Below are positions 25,101 through 35,207 of a stretch of 64,000 nucleotides of DNA, piece by piece. The stretch covers positions 7,194,001 to 7,258,000 of the forward strand of contig OZ249436.1 of assembly GCA_965235115.1 (NCBI GenBank). The letters run 5' to 3'. A model generated the notes under the pieces. It did not search any database and was not told where the DNA came from. It saw only the letters and a list, made by a program, of their open reading frames with translations. The position numbers and the translations under genes are program-made. The DNA comes from Laetmonice hystrix (taxonomy: Eukaryota). Numbering within the stretch: the stretch's first letter is position 1; the number at the start of each line of letters is the position of its first letter.

Positions 25101-28100
25101 CATAATTTTATCAATTTACAGAATCATAGGCCTACCGGTAAAATGATAAAAAATTGATCTGTACATGTATGCAGTGAGGTTCATGCATATCGTAATGCGT
25201 TCCTGCCTGTGTCATGTATAGGCCTATAAGGTTGGCGGAATCATGCGTTACTTCTCTGAGGAGTATGTTTCATATTTTTGAAGAGTGAGTTTCTCATGCA
25301 AGGTTCCCCTTTCATTTTCTTGTTCCTATTGGCAGACAAAGATCAAAGGAAAGGCGGTGCGACTGATCTGCCTTCGGAATCCGTGGGGACAGAAGGAGTG
25401 GAATGGCGCTTGGTGTGACGAGTAGGTGTCTCACCATGCACACGAGAACTGTTGACGAACCAAGAGACGAGTACATGACCTTTTTTTCTCAAATGGGACT
25501 TGCGGACATTTCCAAATGTTGAATTGTTTGGGGGTGATTCCAGTGCATTGGAGAATAGTAAAATATGTTTGTATTTTCTTATATGATTTCCCGACTTTAC
25601 ACTTTCGTTTTCTCGACTCTTCACTTCCGATTTCTCGACTTTTCACTTCCGTTTTCCCGACATGTCACTTCCGTTTTCCTGACTTTTCACTCCCGCTTTC
25701 CTGACTTTTTTGCATTTTGTTGAAAAAAGTCGGGAAAATGAAAAACAAAATCAACAAAATGCAAAAAAGCCAGGAAATCCAGGGATGTCAGGAAGTGAAA
25801 ATTCAGGAAAAACGGAAGGGAAAAGTTGGGAAAACGAAAGAGAAAAGTCGGGAAAACGAAAAAAAAAATTTGCATGTCCTTTCCCAGCCACCGTAAATAC
25901 TCCACTATCACCGTAGAATAATGTTGGCTTATTTACCCAGTTCCACAGAATGGAAGGGCATCAATGACCAAGAAAAGAAGAAATACTGTCTCGCCAAGGA
26001 CGATGACGGTGAATTTTGGCAAGTATCCATCACAGCTAAGAGTAAGCTTTAGTGGAGCTTTACATTCCCATTATTCAGTCCCGGCTACCAATACGCTCAG
26101 ACATTCGCATGAGAAATTCGCATGAATCGCTGTAGTGGATTTGCCATTCGCAAGAGAAATTCGCATGAATCGCTGTAGTGGATTTGCCATTCGCTTGGGA
26201 TTCGCATCAGTCGCAACATTCGCACGATCGCATGTGTCGCATGAGAATTTCAATGCGAATATCGTCGCCTTGGTGGATCTATAGCCCATAAGAGTTTGTG
26301 CCAATGTCCATCGCATCGGGACTTCATTACCAGGCGATTCAGTTGTTAAACTGCGCGTGCGCAGTGCGAACCCTCTTTTTCGAATCATCGAAATTACTTT
26401 CGAATGCAACGGATGAGATCAACCCCCTCTTCACCAGTTGGTGAAATCACTCCGGACCATTGATCGATTGTATTCTGGTGTTCATTCTGCGTCTTCTATT
26501 GCAGGATGTCTTTCAAGGATTTCATACACAACTTCGACATGTTGGATATATGTCATATGGGAATAGAAGATGAGTCTGGAAAGGTATTAAACTGCTCGCG
26601 CTCACTCGTCAGATACACTTGTATAGATTTAATTCCAATGATTGGAACTGAATCGCGAACAGAGCGACATATTGTTCTCGTCTGTGATACAATATTATTA
26701 TTCAGACTGTTTGTACAATATACAATTCGTGAGGTTGCGGAAAGTCAAAGGTATAGGAATGTCGCTTTTAAAATCCAGCGTTTCTCCTCTCTTCCTTGTA
26801 GGTCGTTAAGAAGCCCTGGGTTATGACGTCATATCATGGGGCTTGGGTCGAGGGCGTGTCTGCAGGCGGTTGCAGGGTCAAGGAGGAAACTATACGTGAC
26901 TATTAACAATTGATTTTTCTATAATTGAGGCAACTGAATCATTACAAACTTGATATGGGATCTAACTGCATCTAACGGAGAGACTATAATTTATTCTCGG
27001 CCTACATGACGTGGCCATTTGAAATCTCAGTCACTGAAGACAGAGCGGTAGATCGTTTAACACTTACGGTAATTTTATCACTTTATATCTTTTCATACGC
27101 AGTTCCCCAGGGCGATGAGACCGGTAGGTATATTCATTCCAAACTTTCATACAGTACATATGTCTCTTTATATTCATCGATGTCCACGGTGGCGAGGGGA
27201 CACGCTTCCCGCTTTCTCCCCCTGAAAAAGATGACAGAGGCATGCTTTGTGCACATTATAACCTTCAGCAGTTGAAGTGAACATGATATTGGAGTAATTC
27301 ACCAAGTGAACTGTACAGTTAATCTTCGATCAAATGTAATCCATCTGACCCGTGCAGATACGTACTGGAGTAACCCTCAATACCTGCTGAATGTCACTGA
27401 CCCGGATCTGGACGATGACGAAAACAAAGCCACCTTGGTGGTGTCCCTCATCCAGAAATATGGCCGCAAGTGGCGCACAGTGCTCGAGTTAGACCGCAGC
27501 ATTGACAACTACATGGGCTTCGACCTCCTCAAGGTGGGCGACATGCGGAGCCTACACGCGCCTATTTTGTCAACTTTATATGTTATTGTATCTGACATTC
27601 ATCTATTTTACAATTTGTGAATTTATTGAAGAATATAACTTAATTAAATATGACGTTCTGTCAAGGTCAAGGTTTCAAGGATTTAGGTTGAGATGGCATT
27701 GTCCTATAAGCAGATCAATTTTGATGAGGGTCTACCGCATTTCTCTCCCCCAATCTGACTACCTAGGCTATGTGTAAATATACCCCTAAAAGGGTTCTCT
27801 TATTCGGCTCCTGATCTTAGTTCAAAAAGGAGGATGCATTGACGCTACTTTCTGGGAGCGCTGTGGATGTAGCAGACCGCATACAGTCCATCGAATGTAA
27901 GGCCCCGCGTCCCTACAGGGAATCGTCTGCTGTGTTTCGCGTCACGCCCGGCGTCTATTGCATCATCGTGTCGTACGGCCTTCCCGGCCACCAGGGGGAG
28001 TATCTGTTGCGGTTTGCCACTGAGAACAAAGTCACATCAGCGTAAGGATGCGCTTCACACTTTATGCGCTAAGTACATATTCTTGTTGAAGACAAAAAGA

Positions 28101-31100
28101 CTAATGTTCATTGCTAGCCCTCGTCTATCATTGTTCTATGATATTAATTGGGAAGAAGTGTAGTATATGGATTGTTTGTGTGTTATGTTCTGGAAGAGTA
28201 TAGGCTACGCCAACCATAAATATCGTTTTGTGGTATAAAACGATATTTATATTACTTTAATCCCCCACTTAGATCTACCTGCCCTATTCCCGAAGTGGCC
28301 GAAAATTGTCTAAGTTCGAAAAGGTACTACATTAAGCCGCTTTCACATGCATACGGTGTGCGGCATGCGGCGTGCGTTTTGTTAATAATGTAACAAATGT
28401 AAATCGCTGCACGCCGCACACCGGAGACATGTGAATGGTTATATCTATTTTCAATTGTTCCATTTTTTGCAAAAACGCACGCCGCACACCACAAACCGTA
28501 TGTATGTGAAAGCGGCTAGTTAGGGGTAACAACCGATAACAGAACAGCCCTATCAAAACCATGTCGGGTATCTTTTTGAATAGGACATGCTGAGTTGTTG
28601 CGTCAGTATTTCAGACGGTTCCATGGCTGTTCCATCCATTGCTCTCCGACCCATTCAGTATTTATAGGGATTTCTGGACTTTGAAATTTTATGCGCTCTG
28701 GAATAGGACAGGTAAGTGGGGATAGAAGTATTTGTAACAAACTCATGACATGACACCCCTTTCTCCTTCAGGGAAATCGACACACCAACTCAAACAAGCC
28801 TGGTGAGTTTTGCCAGATGTTATGATCGTTGTGACCGGTTGAAATAGGTATGAGGCATATAACTTAAGTCGAGACTGGGAATGAAGAAACATAAAATTAT
28901 CACAGCCACATCCAAATGTCACTGGTGTGCGATACGTCCGGTAAACCGTTGTTATTGGTGTATGATAAATACACCCTTAGCATGTAGGCTTTCTTCATGT
29001 ATGAACGCTGATTTTCTTCAGATGCTGCGCCAGAAAGCCAATCTTTTCCGGCGTTTGTTCAACCAGCACTGTGGCGGCGATGAATGTGTGGATGCCGTCG
29101 AGCTTCGGCAGATGCTTAATGGCGGTCTTATGAAGGGTGAGTTGAACTTGCCACTATCCACCACCTTTTACACAGAGTGATAGGGCCGTAAATAGCCAGG
29201 CTGAGGCAGGGGAGGCAGTCGCCTTCTCTGATTCTAGGGCAGTTAGATCTAAGTATGAGCCGCAAAAATTATAATAGTATACCCCCCCCCCCATAGAGTC
29301 ACTTGTGTAAAACTCCCGGTCCTGGACCGTGCTTGGACTGGACTGGACTGGACCAGTTGGTGACGGGACTGGACCAGTTGGTGATGGGACTGGACCAGTT
29401 GGTGATGGGACTGGACCAGTTGGTGATGGGACTGGACCAGTTGGTGATGGGACTGGTGATAGGGGCCTTCTGGTATATATATTCACGGCCATCTTAAAGG
29501 ACCAGTGTATTCCTTTGAACGCCCTATTGGCCCCCACTGTTGTGTACATCCGCACAGAACATAGTTCCCGACATCAATTCCCGAAAAATGAATTGTAGCC
29601 GCAGGTACAACTAGGCCGCATAGTAAATAATATTACGTGCATTATTTGAAACATCTAAATCATATTTTAGTGTGATATAGGTGAGCGGAGTAGGTTATGA
29701 AACCGACTTGGGCCGGATATCCAGGGGGCGCCACCCTCTCCGACGCGAATACACTGGTCCTTTAAATGAGGCAAACAAGGGCGCGAATAGAGGACCAGTC
29801 CTATAAACCCGCCTGGAGTCCATAACCGGTAGTTTTACATTACTCACATAAGGCGGGAATACATTTCCAATTCGATATAGGTTTGTCCCATTGCACTGAT
29901 AGACCTCTACCCCCCCCCCCCCACCCCCCCCACCCGGGTCGTCAGAGTTGCCTACCCAAACTATCTTATTTTTCGTTTTACTTAAAGCGACCGTCTCGTC
30001 CTTCAGCTTTGTGCCATAGGCTTCTATCCTAACGGTCGATGTGCTATTTATAGACGTCAGTTCCTATGCTGGCCAGCCTATCGCACAACGCTAAAGGACG
30101 AGACTGTCGCTTTAAACCTATATTTAATTTAATGTGATACAAGTCTCTGTGAACTTATTTTTTGTTATTTCAGGGAAGGAGGTGATTTCGAAGGAGACGT
30201 GTCGCATATTGATCTCAACCAAGTCGGTATCCTTTATCTTTCTGCGCGCATGGAGAATGCTTTACTTAGACACTGGATTCTCATGACCTATGGGTATAAA
30301 ACCACACGCGAGAATGAGTGCATAGATAGCCTGTTGTAGATAGACCTACCTGTCGGTGAGACCTTTTCCAAACATCTAAGGTCTTGTGAATTGCAATAAT
30401 GAAGCAGTTTATTCCTTTGGCGATTCTCAAATATTTTTATGGGATATAGTCTATATATAGGCCTATATAGATTTGCGATTTGTAGTTACTTTCTTTTGGT
30501 CTTGTCCTTAACAACGCATAGTCGTATATCCCAGGCCGATTGGATTATAAAGAAGCGCAAGAACAATGGCGCCTTGCCAAGGATCTGATTGTGGGTAAAT
30601 CCTACCATCATTCGGCTAGACAATTATTTATGTTCGCCTATTGTTATTTATATATTCTAGGCCTTAGCGGCGATAAGGATTTAAAGTCTCCAGCTGACCA
30701 GTGTAATTCTAAGTGTCGTTTTTACGACAGGCCGCCGTTAGGGCTATGCTACATAATACTTGCGTTATGGCATTCTTATGGCATTCATTATTCAGATCAC
30801 CTTTGAGGAATTTGACAAGAACTCATCTGGTTTCATCACTACTGCGGAGCTGATGAAAGGGCTTAAATCTGTAGGTAAGTGAAAAGGCATAGGCATCTAT
30901 GCCTGTACGGGGCCACAGACAGCCAAGAATTGCTAAGGGGCTCGCTACGGTCACCCTTTTATTTTACTGTGATTTGAGACTAAAGGACTAAAGGATGTCA
31001 CCCATTTCCTTAAACAGGGAAGGCCAGCCAGGAAAAAAATCAAAATGATATTCGACCATTAAATGAAAAATCGCATGGCCGTCGCAAGGGAAATCGCCTT

Positions 31101-31931
31101 AACTGGATCAGGCCCTTTAGGCAGTGTAAAATCGACCCGTCCTGAAGCAGTGACAGTTGATGATATCAGAGAGTACTACACTCTCTGATGATATCCCGTT
31201 CCAGTCCTGAAGCAGTGACAGTTGATGATATCAGAGAGTACAACACTCTCTGGTGATATCCCGTTCCAGTCCTGAAGCAGTGACAGTTGATGATATCAAA
31301 GAGTACTGCACTTTCTGATGATATCCCGTTCCAGGTGTCGAGGTGAGCCGCAGGGTGGCGCGGGCGGTTGCCTTTCGATTTGGCGGGAAACGAGCTCATG
31401 TCGAAGTGGACGATTTCTTGCAGTGTGCCTTGAAAATATCTAAACTCAGTGGTAAGTCGGGGCAGTTATTAACGAATAGACTGTATTCTGAGCTAGAAAG
31501 CTCCATCTATACCCTTCTTTAAAATGGATTTAAGTAATCCACTTGAGGTATGGCTCGGTCCACTAATATTTTCACCCGAATGTATTACCAGCCCGTTTTG
31601 TAGACTGGCCCACTATTTGTCTTTCCAGACATATACAATGACATCATCATAAAACCTTCTGCGCGTTTTGGGGACGGGACGCCTTTTATAACACTGGAGG
31701 AGGTATGTAAGTTTGTGTGTGAAAGTCGTACGTATCCCTCCTATATACATGTATATGTATATACGGGGGCTGCTGACGGTGAAGGTGCATGGTCTTTTGG
31801 CGGCTGTGTGCCTGTCATATGAAGGTATGTAATCCACGTATTAGGGTGTGCACTGGTATAGACTACCACTTACTTTTAAGCTTTTTTCTTGGCTCTCTCC
31901 TTAGTGGCTGGAGACGACACTTTTGGTGTGA
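22140..31931 (+). CDS. CAPN: Classical calpain large subunit (CysPc + C2-like domain III + penta-EF-hand), 686 aa
   Basis: 19 phase-compatible exons: 22140-22301, 22814-22883, 23745-24009, 24589-24769, 24981-25064, 25336-25421, 25941-26018, 26505-26583, 26802-26895, 27358-27533, 27821-28041, 28772-28802, 29022-29136, 30174-30226, 30522-30590, 30796-30874, 31335-31451, 31629-31702, 31905-31931 (2061 nt). Catalytic triad QGKLGDCW / GHAYSIT / LRNPWG; also [50 protein letters not shown]-hand [12 protein letters not shown] and terminal EWLETTLLV. Confidence 0.95.
22965..23103 (-). mobile_element. Diverged inverted copy of the 18140-18320 element
   Basis: Shares GGTTACGGGG, CCCCGTTACGAAGTAAT and TTGGCGCCAACCTGGAT with the reverse complement of 18140-18320. 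Confidence 0.6.
25575..25895. mobile_element. Degenerate foldback-type TIR element with short subterminal repeats
   Basis: Left arm of repeated TTTCCCGACTTTTCACTTCCG-like units mirrored by a right arm of GAAAAGTCGGGAAAACG-like units; inner TTTTTTGCATTTTGTTGA / TCAACAAAATGCAAAAAA inverted pair. Confidence 0.65.
26019..26504 (+). other. GC-AG intron (calpain intron 7)
   Basis: The conserved DGEFW|MSF motif requires TG|GCAAGT as donor joined to GCAG|G ATG. No GT donor restores the motif. Confidence 0.88.
28335..28517. mobile_element. MITE with long imperfect TIRs in calpain intron 11
   Basis: AGCCGCTTTCACATGCATACGG...TGCGGCGTGCGTTTT(T)G mirrored by CAAAAACGCACGCCGCA...CCGTATGTATGTGAAAGCGGCT. 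Confidence 0.8.
29335..29460. repeat. 21-bp minisatellite (GGACTGGACCAGTTGGTGATG) ~5.5 copies, preceded by (GGACT)n
   Basis: Direct copies read from sequence. Explains the PVPSPTG and GDGTGPV ORFs. Confidence 0.93.
29498..29761. mobile_element. TTAA-flanked MITE (Kolobok-like AG...CT ends), 264 bp
   Basis: TTAA(29494-97)-AGGACCAGTGTATTC ... GAATACACTGGTCCT-TTAA(29762-65): perfect 15-bp TIR with TTAA duplication. Confidence 0.8.
29986..30111. mobile_element. TTAA-flanked MITE (Kolobok-like AG...CT ends), 126 bp
   Basis: TTAA(29982-85)-AGCGACCGTCTCGTCCTTCAGCTTTGTGCCATAGGCT ... AGCCTATCGCACAACGCTAAAGGACGAGACTGTCGCT-TTAA(30112-15). Confidence 0.82.
30227..30521 (+). other. U12-type (minor spliceosome) GT-AG intron, calpain intron 14
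   Basis: 5' site GTATCCTTT; branch site TCCTTAAC at 30505-30512; AG at 30520-21 with no polypyrimidine tract between; frame is preserved into the 69-nt EF-hand exon. Confidence 0.92.
31140..31334. repeat. 65-bp tandem repeat x3 that ends in the splice acceptor of calpain exon 17
   Basis: CCTGAAGCAG at 31141, 31206 and 31271. Every unit ends CCCGTTCCAG. Confidence 0.92.
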
Positions 31932-31940
31932 CATCGTTCC

Positions 31941-32098
31941 ATAGACCTGGATTTACCTTGGACACGATAACTGGGACGTACTATCAATGTTGCCTGGATA
32001 CTGAGTCTGAGGCCTGGATAGACCTGGATTAACCTTGGATACAATAACTGGGACGTACTTTCAATGCTGCCTGGATACTGAGTCTGAGGCCTGGATAG
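31941..32098. repeat. 77-bp tandem duplication in the calpain 3' UTR
   Basis: ATAGACCTGGATT.ACCTTGGA...TGAGTCTGAGGCCTGG at 31941 and 32018. Confidence 0.88.
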
Positions 32099-32165
32099 GC
32101 CAAGATTATCAATGCAATCCCGAAACTGTTAATGGCTTTATTTGTGGGTATTCCAGCATCAGCAC

Positions 32166-32368
32166 CAGTGCCGGATTTATAGGGGAAAAGGGGTAATTGC
32201 CCCGGTGTCCCCTGCCAGGGGGGGGGGGGCTCTATATAAAAATATAATAAGATGTGTTGGTGATTTGCCGTATACAACACGTAGCCTAAATTGTATTTTA
32301 ATTTCTGTGTATTAAAGGCCCACTGAACCTGAAGTGCCCTGGCCCCCCAAGGTCTAAATCCGGTCCTG
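32166..32368. mobile_element. hAT-like MITE
   Basis: TIR CAGTGCCGGATTTA / TAAATCCGGTCCTG. Flanks ATCAGCAC and ATCAGGAA match at 6/8, consistent with a decayed 8-bp TSD. Confidence 0.68.
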
Positions 32369-33114
32369 ATCAGGAATTCTCATAATCAGTAATGGCAGGA
32401 TTCCGACGGCCTTATACTCAAGCGTTCCGTCCATATGAAGGAGGAAGCAACTCTTGAAAGTTAAGGCCTGTGTTTTCATATATAAGCAGCCTGTTCAAAG
32501 TTTGCAGAAGGCCAAATGGGGAGAGGGCTAATGCCCTATGCCCCTCGCTAAGCCGCATGCCTTCCTTCCAACATTGTCCTCCAAAAATAAAACTTGAATT
32601 GCCTACAGCTAAGAAGCTCTGTAAGTTCTTTGTAGAATTGTTTTAAGCATCGTTGCCACGCTCACATTCGCGCCCATTTGCTGAAATGAACGCTCACAGA
32701 TCCTGCACGGGAGCCTGGGTAAGCCACAGGGGACCAGGCACCGCCTGCCGAACTAGGCCTATTTCTTTTGAGAAGCTATATGGCGGATTTCCCCGTGACA
32801 CTAGCCGAACCGGTGGTTAATCGAAAGACGAACACGCCATCGTAAGTTTAAATAAAGAAATATCACTGCTTGACGCCCCTCTTCGATAGGCCTAGGCCTA
32901 CTTTATGTCACTGGTGTAGTAAGCTAACGAGTGAGGTGGCGCGGATGCTCCTAATCGGGCCTAGATGTCGGCAGTTCCATCATGGCCATAGAGTCCGGCA
33001 GGCACTATAGTGCGCAACAATCTGACCCTTTCTTTCTTTGTCCATCCCCTACCTCCCTCTCTCAATCTCTGTTGTTATACATGATTCTACTAGTAAGGGG
33101 GATAGTCTTTGCGT

Positions 33115-33115
33115 T

Positions 33116-33188
<73 letters not shown>

Positions 33189-33195
33189 TAGTAGT
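33115..33195. repeat. (GTA)n microsatellite, ~27 units
   Basis: Direct read. Explains the poly-Val ORF at 33038-33223. Confidence 0.97.
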
Positions 33196-33199
33196 GGAA

Positions 33200-34700
33200 T
33201 ATCTATCAAGGCGGTTTGATTAGGCAAGGGTCTTGCCAAAGACTGACCGTTCGTTTGACCTTTGACCTTAGGGAGAACTGGGTCCTAGATCGTAAATCGG
33301 TCAAATCCCTACTTCTTCTTTATTTTTTGATAAAACTTGTCAATATTTGGCAAAAGGACTCTCTGACAAGAGCTTCTGAAGTTATCTAAGGATAAGCGAT
33401 TTGACCTATTTTCGCGGAGGCACGTGATATTGAAATTTTTAACAGTGCCCAGTTTAGATATCTATGGCTATAGGCCTAACTCGAAGATGCTTCTCATAAA
33501 GTGTTTATTATTGTACACAAATAGAAAGTGATATGATCTGTCGTTTGGCAACATTACTTTTAAGGATTTGACCTATTTTCGCCGAACCACGTGACCTGCA
33601 GGTTTTAAAGTTAGGTCATTTGGAAGATTCCTGGCTGTAACTATTGAAAGATTTAAGACAGAGCCATAATTGTTCCTGAATACACACCTTGACCAGGACA
33701 AAGACAGGTGATACAATCAGTCATGACGTGACGTCATGACGTCAAACGTGATTTGTCCATTGAGGCCATTTTTTAAGCTCAGATTGAGAATTTCCAAAAC
33801 CCATCATGGTGCTATAATCATGTCATGCTCATGTCATGTCATGCTTAAAATTGAGCCTTCATTTGACCTTTCACCTTGGACCTTTGGCCCAGTTTGGGAG
33901 AACTGGGCCTCACCGTACAAAATTGCTCGAGAATAAGGCCAGTCAGTACATATGTTGAGCTCTCACTGTAATGTTTGCTCGAGGATAAAGCCAGATATTA
34001 CATGTTGGGAGCCCTCACTGTAGTGTTTGCTTGAGTATAAGGCCAGCCAATACATGTAAGGAACCCTCGCTGTAGTGTTTGCTCCAGCCCAACGGCATTC
34101 AATACATATAGGTAGCCCTCACTGTAGTGTTTGCTCCAGCCCAAGGGTAGTCAATACATGTGAAGGGCCCTCACTGTAGTGTTTGCTCCAGTCTAAGGTC
34201 AACCAATACATATAGAGATGTAGTGCTTGCTCGAGTATAAGGCCAGCCAATACATGTAGGGAACCCTCACTGTAGTGTTCGCTAGAGTATAAGGCCAGTC
34301 AGTACATGTGGTGAGCCCTCACCGTAGTAGTAGCTCGAGAATAAGGCCAGACAGCACATGTGGTGAGCCCTCACTGTAGTGTTTGCTCGAGTATAAGGCC
34401 AGACAGTACATGTACAACATGTACAAAACCCTCACTGTAGTGTTCGCTCCAGTCCAAGGGCAGTCAATACACGTGGGGAGCCATCACTGTAGTGTTTGCT
34501 CCAGTCTAAGGCCAGATAGTACATGTTGGGAGCCCTCACTGTAGTTTTTGTCGATTAAGATGTAAATTTTTGGCTTATAGCATTGCAGAATCCTATCTCT
34601 GGGAAGCGCCGCAGGTGCCCGGTATCCCGGCCAGGTATACGTGGTGATTCCATGAGAAGCCGCGAGGTGGCAGAGCTCGCGGCTCTAAAAGGCGTCCTCC
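33200..34700. mobile_element. Possible non-autonomous Helentron-like element with an internal tandem array
   Basis: Short hairpin GGCAAG-ggt-CTTGCC (33223-33237) beside a microsatellite, recurrent TGACCT(T) motifs, a repeated GATTTGACCTATTTTCGC (33399, 33565) and a central 52-bp array. Classification is inferred from architecture only. Confidence 0.4.
33905..34548. repeat. Diverged 52-bp minisatellite, ~12 copies (CCCTCACTGTAGTGTTTGCTCGAGTATAAGGCCAGCCAATACATGT...)
   Basis: CTC(A/G)C(T/C)GTA recurs at 33962, 34014, 34066, 34118, 34170, 34266, 34318, 34370, 34431, 34483 and 34535. Confidence 0.9.
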
Positions 34701-34818
34701 CAAAATTGACATAATATCCTGTCTGGAAGAGTATGCCTATGTGTAGGCCTAATGAAGACACCATTCGTGGTATAGTCACCAATCTTGAATCACTAGGCCT
34801 ATAGCCTGTATAGGCCTA

Positions 34819-35207
34819 CAGTAAAACTCGCATAAGTCGGATTCAAGTGGGCCAAGCGATTTTATCCGAGTTAGCTGAGAATCCGACTTATGTAAAGATT
34901 GTCATTTTTGGATCTTCATGGGAACTATGATAGACGAGTAGTAGATGTCATTAAAACAAACGTTATGCTTATTTGAGCACAAGGTCAACACTGGATAACG
35001 ACAACATCTAGTCAACACTAAACAGAGACGTTTTATTCTAAGAACTACACAAACTCTATCACATTGAACAAAAAGAAAAATAATAATCAGTTTACTCCAA
35101 GAAATCTGTAATTTTGTTTGTTTGAGACAGCTCTCTGTCTGCCTCATCAAAATAAGCTCCACCTCCACAGCGGCGTGATTTAGTCGGCGTTCAACTTCCA
35201 GAAAGGT
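34819..35207 (+). mobile_element. Truncated pogo/Tigger-like (Tc1/mariner) left end
   Basis: TA followed by CAGTAAAACTCGCATAAGTCGGA, with internal inverted echoes TCCGAGTTA and TCCGACTTAT. No right TIR; the satellite begins abruptly at ~35208. Confidence 0.5.

Noticed and set aside
31186..31230. Hammerhead ribozyme (CTGATGA in the 65-bp repeat)
   Set aside because: No GAAA core or stem II at the required position.
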